A stretch of 64,000 nucleotides of DNA from an uncultured Bacteroidia bacterium (GTDB taxonomy: Bacteria > Bacteroidota > Bacteroidia > NS11-12g > UBA9320), in NCBI GenBank assembly GCA_943846675.1, contig OX044357.1, positions 890,713 to 954,712 of the forward strand, read 5' to 3'. The translations under genes and the position numbers were made by a program. Every line of letters starts with the position of its first letter. Position 1 is the stretch's first letter. The notes under the pieces are model-generated. The model was not told where the DNA came from and did not search any database. It saw only the letters and a list, made by a program, of their open reading frames with translations. This document shows positions 30,208 to 40,158 of the stretch, piece after piece.

Positions 30208-30260
30208 TTGTTAACAAGTTAAAGAGCAATAGAATAAAGACTGTTTATAACTTGTTATAA
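30208..30260 (+). promoter_or_regulatory. two related palindromes upstream of the sspB-like gene (possible operator)
   Basis: TTGTTAACAA (30208-30217) and TTATAAC-tt-GTTATAA (30245-30260). Both contain a TTGTTA half-site. They lie 55-105 nt upstream of the ATG at 30314. Confidence 0.3.
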
Positions 30261-30313
30261 CACGCTCAACAACCAATTGAATCGAAGAGAGCTTATATCT
30301 ATCTTCGAACATT

Positions 30314-31189
30314 ATGAGTCAATACAAATTTTCTGGCCACGAGACGTTTCATTGTCGTCACTTTTGGTTGAAGAAAGGGTATGATTTTAATCAACTTGGA
30401 GGGGATCAAAGGTCTAATGACGCTGTGGTTCGTTTGGGAGTTGGAAAAAACATGGTTACATCCATCCATTACTGGATGAAAGCATTTAAAGTTACTAACT
30501 CCGAATCCTCAGAAATTACTGATTTTGGGCATTTCATATTTAGCTCGAATGGCAAAGATCCTTATTTGGAAGATATTGGCACTCTTTACATGCTACATTA
30601 CAACTTAATGACCAACCTGAACCAGGCTTCAATATATTCCATAACATTTGAAGAGTTTAGAAAAACAAGAATTGACTCAGAATTCACTGCTGAGTTATTG
30701 TTCGAGTTTGTGGCAAGGAAATTAAGAGTAGAGCGTCTTGACTATAGTGAGAAATCGTTAAGAAACGACATTAAGGTCTTTCTTCGAACATATCAGACTG
30801 CAACAAAACGGGGATCAAAAAGCATTGAAGATGATTTCGCTTCTGTCCTTCTAGAGCTGAATTTTGTAAACCCAATTCAAGATACATTCATAAATGCAGA
30901 ACAGGTGTTTCGCATCAGATACGATGAACAGCCACGTCTAAGCAAGTTAATTTTTTTGCATGCCTTACTTGATAGATATGAGGGGCAAGAATCAATTTCA
31001 GTTAAAGATATCCAAAGAGATGTGTCAGATAAGTTTTTATGTAACCGAGATGGGACTGAAAAAAAACTGAATGATTTATCTGACTCGGGCTATTTGGTTT
31101 ATAAACAAGATGCTGGAAGGAAAGAAATTCAGTTTAAGTCAAATTTGAACAAATGGGATGTTTTGAAAAAGTATTATGACGAGGTTTAA
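30314..31189 (+). CDS. sspB: DUF4007-family protein, SspB-like (phosphorothioation nickase component)
   Basis: The N-terminal 'FSGHETFHCRHFWLKKGYDF' is the hallmark I associate with DUF4007/SspB. First of three overlapping co-directional genes. Confidence 0.72.
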   Translation: MSQYKFSGHETFHCRHFWLKKGYDFNQLGGDQRSNDAVVRLGVGKNMVTSIHYWMKAFKVTNSESSEITDFGHFIFSSNGKDPYLEDIGTLYMLHYNLMTNLNQASIYSITFEEFRKTRIDSEFTAELLFEFVARKLRVERLDYSEKSLRNDIKVFLRTYQTATKRGSKSIEDDFASVLLELNFVNPIQDTFINAEQVFRIRYDEQPRLSKLIFLHALLDRYEGQESISVKDIQRDVSDKFLCNRDGTEKKLNDLSDSGYLVYKQDAGRKEIQFKSNLNKWDVLKKYYDEV

Positions 31190-32240
31190 GATTTCGACAA
31201 ATATCAATCGTGATGCCAATGCTGAACTAGATTTCATTGTCACTAAGAATGCAAATGAAGTATACAACCGTATAATCCATAATCATTCAAGAGGTCAGAA
31301 TTCATTTAGTATTATTGGTTCTTATGGAACTGGAAAATCGACATTCCTGTGGGCTTTTGAACATCATTTAAACGGAGATGTCAAATTTGATAGCCCTGTA
31401 AATGGTGAGTTTAAAGGTGTTAGAAAGTTTGACTTCAAACGAATTGTTGGTGAAGGCACCTCTTTTAAGAAACGATTTTGCATTGAGTTTGGTCTAGAAT
31501 CCCTTGTCAATCAATCAAATAAAGAAGTACTGTCTGAATTTGACCTTTTATGCAAGGATATAAACTCTCGAAACAGGGCCTTAGTGATCTTGGTCGATGA
31601 ATTTGGTAAACATTTAGAATTCATAGCCAAACACAATCCAGAAGAAATGTTCTTTATCCAAGAACTTGCAGAGTTCTGTAATGATTCAAGCAAACAAGTG
31701 CTATTCATAACTACACTGCATCAGAATTTTTCAGTTTATGCTAAGGGGTTGTCAGTAGCTGAAAAAAGTGAATGGGATAAGGTCAGAGGTCGACTAATTG
31801 ATATTGCTTTTGATGAACCTGTAGAACAATTGTTATTCTTTGCCTCTCAGAGGTTGAAACATATTCAAGTACCAGAGCTTTTAAAAGTACCGTATTGGAA
31901 ATTTGTTAAGACAATAGTAAGTTCACAATTACTAGGTAAGAGCTTGTCAAAACAAAATGACACGCTTGACAAACTGTTCCCGCTTGACCCTCTTGCTGCT
32001 GATATATTGACCAAATCACTCCAGAGATATGGCCAAAATGAGCGCTCCTTATTTACATTCTTGGAGTCACAAGAGTTGTCTGAAAAAATTGAACATCAAA
32101 TAGTATTCACTGTTCCAGATTGTTTTGACTATTTGATTCAGAATTTGTCATCGGAAGTAGAAAATGGTGAAAAAAAACCCTTTCAAGCCACAATGGAAAG
32201 CAGCTGTCTTAGCTTTAGAGAAAGCAGAGATTTTATTTGA
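31176..32240 (+). CDS. sspC: P-loop NTPase, N-terminal part of an SspC-like ATPase (frame ends just after an A8 tract)
   Basis: Walker A 'GSYGTGKST' and Walker B 'LVILVDEFGKH'. 14-nt overlap with the upstream gene. Confidence 0.62.
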   Translation: MTRFKISTNINRDANAELDFIVTKNANEVYNRIIHNHSRGQNSFSIIGSYGTGKSTFLWAFEHHLNGDVKFDSPVNGEFKGVRKFDFKRIVGEGTSFKKRFCIEFGLESLVNQSNKEVLSEFDLLCKDINSRNRALVILVDEFGKHLEFIAKHNPEEMFFIQELAEFCNDSSKQVLFITTLHQNFSVYAKGLSVAEKSEWDKVRGRLIDIAFDEPVEQLLFFASQRLKHIQVPELLKVPYWKFVKTIVSSQLLGKSLSKQNDTLDKLFPLDPLAADILTKSLQRYGQNERSLFTFLESQELSEKIEHQIVFTVPDCFDYLIQNLSSEVENGEKKPFQATMESSCLSFRESRDFI

Positions 32241-34428
32241 AAACGAATATAATGATGTTGCTAAGTTACTTAAAACAATTTGCCTAGTAAATATCTTTTC
32301 TAATGCCAATGGAACCTTAGATCTAGATGTATTGAGTGGGTATGCAAAATCCATTTTGGGTGTACCGAATCCAGAAGTAATTATTGACAAACTCATCACA
32401 AAACGCCTGATAAAATTTTCAAATTACCGTTCAAAATTTAATTTTATCGACGGAACGGATGTTGACATAGAACAGGAATTAATCGATGCATCTCAGCATA
32501 TTGAAAGTGAACTTAACTTAATTAGTAGGTTAGAGTCTTACTTTGATTTTGGCATTATCCCAGCCAAAAGAATTCAGTTTGAATTTGGCACTCCTAGATT
32601 TTTTCAATTCAAATTCTACGACGATTGGTCATATGAGGAACCCACGAATGAAATTGACGGACATATTAACCTGATTTTCACCAAGAAGCGCATTCTAAAA
32701 TCCATACAAGAAAAGGTAGAAGTTATTTCACCCGCACAAGTTTTTGTTTTATTTAAAGAGATAGACCAAATTGAGGACACCATTTTCGAAATTGATAAGA
32801 TTAACTACGTAATTCACAAATACAGTGAAGATAAAGTGGCTCTAAGAATTTTGAATGAAGAAAAGCTTTTCCGAACGAATCAATTGAAGTATTTCGTCGA
32901 AGGTGCTTTATTTGGGAAGGAATCAAAAGTTTCATGGATTTGGAATTCTACAATAGATGAACTTAATAAAGGTAAAAAGCGATCGATATACTCCTACAAA
33001 GCGTTGAACAAGCTTTTGTCAGATGCAGCTCAACAAGCTTATCCCAATACGCCGCAGTACAGGAATGAAATGGTTAATAAGGAGTTTTTATCTTCTCCTA
33101 TATTAACGGCTCGAAAAGCATTAATTCGTCAAGTTATCGCCAATGGAGATAAACCGAATCTAGGCTTTGATGAAAAGAGATTTCCACCGGAAAAGACCAT
33201 TTATTTATCCTTACTTAAGGAGACAGGGATTCACAAGTCCGAAGATGGAAGGTATTTCTTTGGGAAACCTCAAGATGTCACTTTACTACCTCTTTGGAAT
33301 GTTTGTGAAGCCATTTTAAAGTCTTCAAGCGAGTCAATTACTTCAGTAACCGAATTCTACAAGAAATTGCGTAAGGCTCCCTTTAAACTGAAACAGGGGT
33401 TTTTAGACTTTTGGATTCATTTATTCTTAGTAATGAAAAAAGAAGATTACGCACTTTATTACAATAGTGAAGAATACGTGCCACATCTATCTAGTGACAT
33501 GATGGATCTTATTTACAAACACCCTTCAAAGTACTTTGTAAAGGCACTATCTGCAGATGGTGTGCGCTCCGATTATCTTGGTTTCTACAAAGAACTGACA
33601 GGTTTCAATGAATCAGACATAAGTGGTTTGGAATCTAGTTATATTACAATTTACGGGAACTTTTTAAGATTTTATAGAGGGCTAGAGGATTACACGAAAA
33701 AAACCAAAACTGCACTGTCTAAAGAGGCTCTCGGTGTCAGGAATGCAATTGCAAATGCTAAAGACCCTGAGTCAGCATTATTTACAGGAATTCCAGAAGC
33801 TCTAGGTTATTTCAAAATAGAAAAATCTGATGAACAATTACATAGTTTTTTATTGGATCTACAAGGTGCTATAAAAGAAATTAGAGGAGCATATGATCAA
33901 TTAGTTGAGCAGCTAGAATTACAAATTAAGGAACATTTAAAAATTAAGGTTAATAGTTTCACTGAAATGAAAGAACAACTCACTATGTTGTTCTCTGGAA
34001 TCAATAAAAACTTAATTGCTAATGACAAGTTGCGTATTTTTTATACGCGCGTCGTTTCCCCCTTAGATGTAAAAAAAGCATACTGGGAATCTTTATGCGA
34101 CTCGGCTATTGGCAAAAAGCTTGACCAGATTAATGACGAGGAAGTACATTTGTTGCTAGATCGAATAAAAGGGAACTTTAGTACTCTACTAGATCTTGTC
34201 GACATTCATACAGTCGAATTAAAGGATCAGGAAGAAATCGTTCAGTTTGCAATTACCAAACCCTCAGGAGAAAACAGCATCAGACGAAATCTTATTGTTT
34301 CACCAAAGATTACGAAGAAGTCAAAAGAAGTGCAGAAGCGGATTGAACAGTTACTAGGAAACGAAACGATTGTGAACAAATTAGCACTCATAAGGTTATT
34401 AGAGAATGAATTAAAGAAGAATGACTAA
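32164..34428 (+). CDS. sspC: C-terminal part of the SspC-like protein (754 aa, helical)
   Basis: Opens in the +1 frame at the A8 tract (32170-32177). Removing one A fuses it to 31176-32240, giving ~1080 aa. Overlaps the sspD-like start by 8 nt. Confidence 0.58.
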   Translation: MVKKNPFKPQWKAAVLALEKAEILFENEYNDVAKLLKTICLVNIFSNANGTLDLDVLSGYAKSILGVPNPEVIIDKLITKRLIKFSNYRSKFNFIDGTDVDIEQELIDASQHIESELNLISRLESYFDFGIIPAKRIQFEFGTPRFFQFKFYDDWSYEEPTNEIDGHINLIFTKKRILKSIQEKVEVISPAQVFVLFKEIDQIEDTIFEIDKINYVIHKYSEDKVALRILNEEKLFRTNQLKYFVEGALFGKESKVSWIWNSTIDELNKGKKRSIYSYKALNKLLSDAAQQAYPNTPQYRNEMVNKEFLSSPILTARKALIRQVIANGDKPNLGFDEKRFPPEKTIYLSLLKETGIHKSEDGRYFFGKPQDVTLLPLWNVCEAILKSSSESITSVTEFYKKLRKAPFKLKQGFLDFWIHLFLVMKKEDYALYYNSEEYVPHLSSDMMDLIYKHPSKYFVKALSADGVRSDYLGFYKELTGFNESDISGLESSYITIYGNFLRFYRGLEDYTKKTKTALSKEALGVRNAIANAKDPESALFTGIPEALGYFKIEKSDEQLHSFLLDLQGAIKEIRGAYDQLVEQLELQIKEHLKIKVNSFTEMKEQLTMLFSGINKNLIANDKLRIFYTRVVSPLDVKKAYWESLCDSAIGKKLDQINDEEVHLLLDRIKGNFSTLLDLVDIHTVELKDQEEIVQFAITKPSGENSIRRNLIVSPKITKKSKEVQKRIEQLLGNETIVNKLALIRLLENELKKND

Positions 34429-35539
34429 AGTCAAACACATATTAGGTATTTCGGGTGGAAAAGACAGTGCGGCGCTAGCTTTGTACTTAAATCAGACTTC
34501 ACCTGAAATGGACATAGAGTATTACACTTGCGACACAGGGAGAGAATTAACTGAGACATATAAGTTGATTGACAGGCTTGAGAGTCGAATGGGTAAGTCA
34601 ATCAAAAAGCTAGATGCCGTTGATGTAAACAGTGTCGTGGACCAAAGTCCTTTTGACCATTTTCTTTCTTTGTATGGGGGGTACCTGCCATCATCTACCT
34701 CACGTTGGTGCACAAAAAAACTAAAACTAGAACCCTTTGAAAAATACATAGGGGATGAACCGACAATCTCATATGTTGGGATTCGAGGGGACGAAGACAG
34801 GGACGGATATATTTCAAAGAAACAAAGTGTACAATCAATTTTCCCATTTAGGAAGAATATCTGGAGCGAAGATGTTAATAGATTAGTCCTTGCCAATCAA
34901 AACCAAAAGAACTTTGAGACAATAGCCCGTAAAGTAATAAACCCTTATTATCTGGATAAAGTTCTCCAATTTGCTCAATGTCCCATTGATGTAAATTTTA
35001 ATCTAAAACAAAAATTGAATGCACTACTTGATGTAAGCATTAAGTCCTACAATCAAATTGTATTTGAATTTCTGAAAGAGACAGATTACCCTGTTGGTCA
35101 ACTAGATTCTTTTCCACTGGTTGAGAATGAAGATAATTTAGTCCTGGAAGATATATTCAAAATATTGAATGAATCTGGAGTTGGAATACCAGCGTATTAC
35201 AAGCCTTTGAATTATGAGGTGGAGATAGATGGAGAAAAGAAACAGGGAACATATAGCAGAAGTAGATCGGGATGTTTCTTTTGCTTTTATCAACAGAAAA
35301 TAGAATGGGTATGGCTGCTAGAGCATCACAAGGAACTTTTTGAAAAGGCGATGCAATACGAAAAGGATGGATATTCCTGGATGGATAGTGAAACACTTGA
35401 AGATTTAAAACAACCAGAACGCATTGAATCTATTAAAAAAGAACACTACCTGAGGATGAATCGAAATAGTCAACAGAAGTCCTGGAAAGACCAAATTCTT
35501 GAGGCCGATGGCGAAGGATGTGCTAGTTGTTTTATATAA
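34421..35539 (+). CDS. sspD: PP-loop ATP pyrophosphatase / PAPS-reductase-family protein, SspD-like
   Basis: 'GISGGKDSAA' PP-loop. C-terminal Cys clusters 'SGCFFCFY' and 'GCASCF'. Confidence 0.8.
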   Translation: MTKVKHILGISGGKDSAALALYLNQTSPEMDIEYYTCDTGRELTETYKLIDRLESRMGKSIKKLDAVDVNSVVDQSPFDHFLSLYGGYLPSSTSRWCTKKLKLEPFEKYIGDEPTISYVGIRGDEDRDGYISKKQSVQSIFPFRKNIWSEDVNRLVLANQNQKNFETIARKVINPYYLDKVLQFAQCPIDVNFNLKQKLNALLDVSIKSYNQIVFEFLKETDYPVGQLDSFPLVENEDNLVLEDIFKILNESGVGIPAYYKPLNYEVEIDGEKKQGTYSRSRSGCFFCFYQQKIEWVWLLEHHKELFEKAMQYEKDGYSWMDSETLEDLKQPERIESIKKEHYLRMNRNSQQKSWKDQILEADGEGCASCFI

Positions 35540-35540
35540 A

Positions 35541-36506
35541 TTAACTTTTATTCTTAAAATAAATAACCTCACTTCTTGCACCTGGCACATTCCACGAATA
35601 GTTATCGTCGAAGTAACAAATCCATACGTATAGAATCTTTATATAGTTGTTTAATTCAAAACTTCTAGGAGTGGGCACCGTCGTGGTATTATCAGAAAAC
35701 CACCTTCTTACTGCTCCAAATTGCATACTACCGCTTCTATCAGGATTCCTATCATTTGTACATAATTTAATAGCTTCCTTAAATTTCTCTATAAAGGGAT
35801 GTTGGTTAAAAACGTTTTTCAAATGATCAAAAAATTCAATTTCACTCAAGTCAATAATTATTCGATAGAGCTCTAGATCATGAGCGGCACAATCCATTTC
35901 CAACTCATTTTGTATTTCCCCAGAATATATTTTATATAACAATTCTGGGGAAGAAGTCATAGGCAATTGGTTGATGAGAAAGTAATCGTCAGTAGGCGGT
36001 GGTGTAGGAAGAGAAGGATAATCTACAACGGGCATTTCCACAGCGTTAACTAGATTTCTTATTTTTTTATAAAGTTCTTTATCTACATATTCACTTTCCA
36101 GAATAATCTTGTTAAGATAAGTTCTATCCGCAAAACTAAGTTTCTCGTTTAAGCCATTGAGTTCAAAATTGTATTCTCCTTTTTCCCCAACCCCTCTGCC
36201 AGTTACATTTGCCGAACCAAAAAACAAAGAGGTATGATTATCCCAAAAAGCTTTTAAATGAATTCTAGTGTTTCTATAAAGTGCTATGTTATTTTGCAAA
36301 CAATAATCATACAAATGAATATCGCTTACCCCTAAACACAAGTCACCTATTTCCCATCTTACGACAATTTGATTTATTTTTTTTGATTTATTTAATGTTT
36401 CAAGTTGAGCCATCTTTACATACGCAGAAAACAGGGTAACGTGATTAGAACTATTTATATAATTTAGTGCACCATGTTCCAAATTATCTCCGCTTCTATA
36501 CAACAT
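35541..36506 (-). CDS. phospholipase-D-family (single HKD) nuclease with an unrecognised C-terminal domain
   Basis: 'HLKAFWDNHTSLFFGSAN' has H-x-K and G-S-x-N spanning the canonical 18 residues. The ~170-aa C-terminus is unassigned. Its stop codon is 1 nt from the sspD stop. Confidence 0.75.
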   Translation of the reverse strand: MLYRSGDNLEHGALNYINSSNHVTLFSAYVKMAQLETLNKSKKINQIVVRWEIGDLCLGVSDIHLYDYCLQNNIALYRNTRIHLKAFWDNHTSLFFGSANVTGRGVGEKGEYNFELNGLNEKLSFADRTYLNKIILESEYVDKELYKKIRNLVNAVEMPVVDYPSLPTPPPTDDYFLINQLPMTSSPELLYKIYSGEIQNELEMDCAAHDLELYRIIIDLSEIEFFDHLKNVFNQHPFIEKFKEAIKLCTNDRNPDRSGSMQFGAVRRWFSDNTTTVPTPRSFELNNYIKILYVWICYFDDNYSWNVPGARSEVIYFKNKS

Positions 36507-36549
36507 GATCTAGTTTAAGTTTGTAGCTTTATATTTCAATCTACCAATA

Positions 36550-38203
36550 TATGATTTATCCTGAGTTTTTCCCTGAAGACAGAGACGAATGAAATTGCTG
36601 AAAAAAAAGTATTTGAGCAATTAAAACGTATTTCAGACTACTTATGATATTTTCTATTCGAGAAAATTTATTACTGACGGTATAGGGAAAAAACCAGAGT
36701 ATGAAGTAGACTTTATCATTGCAATACCGGAGAAAGCCATTATTTGCCTAGAAGTTAAGGGTGGTATTATTAATTACTCTGGCAGCTAAAGATCAGTGGA
36801 CTCAAAACAGTAGACTTATGAGTAAACGACCAGATAGCCAAGCCTCATCTGCTTCACGCACGCTTTAATTAAAGGCTTTTCTGGTTTAATTGGTGATATG
36901 GCAATTGGGTGGGGTTTGTGTTTCCCAGATGGAGACCTTGGCTCTAAGGCGTTACCCGCCTCTATAGATTCTAACCAGATTATAGACCAATTAGGGGTAC
37001 TACATATAGACAAAGCCTTAGAGTTTCTTTTTGATTTTGTGAAAAAGCAAAATTCACACAGGCTGGGTGCTAGACGTTGGATGTACAATAAATTTAAAAC
37101 CGAACTACTCAGAGATATTGGTTTTGTTCAAGTATTAAGTACAAGAGTTAAGTATAACGAGCGTAATTTTATTGAGTTAACAAATACTCAGATATCTGTA
37201 TTTAATCGCTTAAAGGGTAATAAAAATATTATTACTACAGGCCCCGCAGGGTCTGGCAAAACCATTATCGCCAAAACACTTGGCACAAGATTTGCTATAA
37301 AAGAGGCAAAAGCGTGCTTTATTCTTATGCTTTAATAGAACCTTGGCAAATAAAATACGCTATGATTTTGATAGAGATGAGATCCGGTCATTGAAGTGGC
37401 TACCTTTCATTCCTTTCGCTAGGAAAATCATTGACCTTTACGATGCACACGCTGGTGGAAGGATAACAGCTCTTCTGAAGATTTTTGGGAGTTAGATGTG
37501 CCTGTAAAATTGGAGGAATGTCTCGCCTTTTTATCAAGATACACATTTGATGCTATCATCATCGATGAAGGACAGGACTTTAAAGAACTTTGGTTCGAGT
37601 TAATTTTTAGTTTAGGACATCCAAGACTGCCGGCAAGTACATGTATTTATGGATCGAAATGCAGGACATTTTTGGGCATTTCACCAAAATACCTAATGAA
37701 GACACTTTTATTCAAGTATAACCTACCTGAGAACTGCCGTAATACAAAAACGATTGTCAACTATTTGTCGCAGGCCATTGCTCAAAGACATTAAAATCGT
37801 TTGCCAAATAGTCCTGAAGGGTGAGGAGCCGTGGTGATTAAAAGTCCTTTACGAACCAATTAGAGCAACAAAAGTATGTCCTATTGGATGAGATTAAAGC
37901 GTTAGTACAAGAGAGCAGGGCATAAATGCCCAGAGCAAATACTAGTATTACTGAATTCTAGTAAAGCAGACAGTTGTTTGGGAACCACCACAAAGGCAGG
38001 CAAACTTAGAAATTAAAGCCTTAGATAACAAAGGTCGTTTTCAAAGAGATGCTGTAAATTATACGACTATTAACACTTTTAAAGGCTTAGAGGCAGATAT
38101 CGTTTTTATTGTAGATGCAGACAAAATACCTTTAGAACAAAAACACGAGAAGCTCTATACAGAAGCTTCTCGTGCTAGACATAAGTTGTATGTTTTGAAT
38201 TAG
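36550..38203 (+). pseudogene. NERD-domain / UvrD-like SF1 helicase, multiply frameshifted
   Basis: Fragments occur in three frames: NERD 'EYEVDFIIAIPEKAIICLEVKGG', Walker A 'TTGPAGSGKT', 'IIIDEGQDF', 'NCRNTK', 'INTFKGLEADIVFIV...EASRARHKLYV'. At least five frame breaks or stops. Confidence 0.75.
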
Positions 38204-40153
38204 TTATTTTATATTATCGCTTTCATTGGTTATATGCTCTTCCCAATATTGTGTGTCAACTTGTATAGATCCATTTTTTATGAATGACTCTAGTCTATCA
38301 CTTATTTTTCTCAAATAAGAATTTAAAATATGCTCAAGTTCATTATCATCTTGAATCATTTGTTCCATTTCATAAGCGTATGAGCAAATTAGCATTTCAA
38401 TGGCTATTGTAAACACACTGAGACTTTTATTTTGTTTTAATGGGTCAATAATATTCTTATAATAAATATGTTCCGTGTTTATAAAAGTGATTTTTTTACC
38501 TCTAACAGTTGTTAGTTCAAATAAGTTCCCGGTTGGATTATTATGATAAAGAACAATGGTCTTATTCATTCCAGCAGCAAAATTTTCAACTTGAAAAGTA
38601 ATAGACTCTTTTGAAAGGTGCATAAATCTTGTTTTCAGGAAACCTATTAATTCAACTTTCTGCTCTTTTGTCCATTCTTTCCCTTGCGGCATAGCCCTAA
38701 TAACAGCAGGTTCAGCTACCGGTAATGGGGTAGCTTCTTCATCTTCACTTGCAAGTGCGATTGCTTCTTTTTCCTCCCCTTTATATTGCCTCCAATAGTC
38801 TCTTCGAAAGCCTCTCATTTTTTCTATACAATCTTTAATTTCATTTGATATTTTATTGAACAATAATTGCTGTTGCTCGTTTACCCCAATGTTATCAATC
38901 TCTGATATATCCGCAGTCTCCTCATTTGAAACATACCGAAAGTCAACATGTTGCTTTTGATAATCTACACCCATCAAGTTATCTAGTTCACTGTCAAATT
39001 CAACTTCTATGGTCCAAAATCTATTAGTTTCATCAGTAACGGTATACATACCATAACTCCCACAATCTATTTCCCTTTTGGTACGTATAAAAAATATGTT
39101 TGCGCTAGTAAAATCTGATCCGCCACTCATTTTTTCACCGATTTTCCTACCCAAAGATGTTGCACCACCTTTTGAGTTTCCAGGATAAACTAGACTTTTT
39201 GTACCAAAAGCGGCTCTTATTGTGAAATAATATGCTTTGCCACCGAGTTCAATGTCGTACCGAACGTTCCAATAATCATCAAACTTTTGAAAGAGAGGTA
39301 GCGTTGTTTCATTTTCTTTACACCCGTCTATATACTTTTTGTAATGATAACTTGATGTGAACTTTTCGTTGTTTGGCACTTTAAGATTAAACATATTTCT
39401 TTTAGGATTTGTTGCTGCATCCCAAACAAAATCAGTGATGTAAGTTTTTTTCGTAGACAAAAATAATGGGTCATAGGGCAACACATTTTCTAAAATATCG
39501 TATTCGTTATTGCCTTTCAATATTGAGCCAAATGTAATTTCAAGATTTTCTTGTAGAGCATATCTATACAATCTTCCTGTTAACTTTTTAGTTTTATCAA
39601 TAACCGTTTTAGGTCTTCTTGAACCTAGGTTTTTAATTTTCGACCACCTAATTATGGTACTTGCATTAACTAAATCTATACTCACCTTAATACCTTTAAA
39701 TTTTGGTGTTTTTGCAACAGCATCATCATAACCCGGCTCTGGCCTAGTAGCTTGGTCATCTAAATCTAGGACAACAAAATTCCATTCACCTGATTTTTTA
39801 TCTTTGGAATAAACCTCTACTCTTCTTCCTACATAGATGGACGAATTGGGTAAGCCTACACCAAAAGTTCCAATTCTTTCGTTTGACGTTCCTGCCCCAT
39901 CAGCAAATCTTAAGCATCCATTAATTTCGTCAAAAGTCATTCCAGATCCATTGTCTATAAAAAAGACATCTGAAATAAATCTAGATCCCCTGCCACCTTC
40001 AACCCTCTGTTCCTCGACAAAAGTAATATCAATATTTGTCGCTTTTGAATCCACAGAATTATCAATGATTTCTGCCATTGCATATATTGGGCTTTTGTAC
40101 CCTGAATTAACAAGTTTTTCTACAAAGTGGTTTCCGTATAAATTATTTGCCAT
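38204..40153 (-). CDS. GHKL-superfamily ATPase (HATPase_c_3 / MORC-like), 649 aa
   Basis: Bergerat-fold motifs 'EIIDNSVDS' (N box), 'IDNGSGM' (G1), 'GTFGVGL' (G2). Last gene of the minus-strand operon. Confidence 0.8.
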   Translation of the reverse strand: MANNLYGNHFVEKLVNSGYKSPIYAMAEIIDNSVDSKATNIDITFVEEQRVEGGRGSRFISDVFFIDNGSGMTFDEINGCLRFADGAGTSNERIGTFGVGLPNSSIYVGRRVEVYSKDKKSGEWNFVVLDLDDQATRPEPGYDDAVAKTPKFKGIKVSIDLVNASTIIRWSKIKNLGSRRPKTVIDKTKKLTGRLYRYALQENLEITFGSILKGNNEYDILENVLPYDPLFLSTKKTYITDFVWDAATNPKRNMFNLKVPNNEKFTSSYHYKKYIDGCKENETTLPLFQKFDDYWNVRYDIELGGKAYYFTIRAAFGTKSLVYPGNSKGGATSLGRKIGEKMSGGSDFTSANIFFIRTKREIDCGSYGMYTVTDETNRFWTIEVEFDSELDNLMGVDYQKQHVDFRYVSNEETADISEIDNIGVNEQQQLLFNKISNEIKDCIEKMRGFRRDYWRQYKGEEKEAIALASEDEEATPLPVAEPAVIRAMPQGKEWTKEQKVELIGFLKTRFMHLSKESITFQVENFAAGMNKTIVLYHNNPTGNLFELTTVRGKKITFINTEHIYYKNIIDPLKQNKSLSVFTIAIEMLICSYAYEMEQMIQDDNELEHILNSYLRKISDRLESFIKNGSIQVDTQYWEEHITNESDNIK

Positions 40154-40158
40154 AGTTA

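Noticed and set aside
36816-37794. ORFs 36816-37088 (minus), 36898-37335 and 37498-37794 as independent genes
   Set aside because: The plus-strand pieces are consecutive fragments of one NERD-helicase reading frame broken by frameshifts. The minus-strand ORF is a shadow of it.
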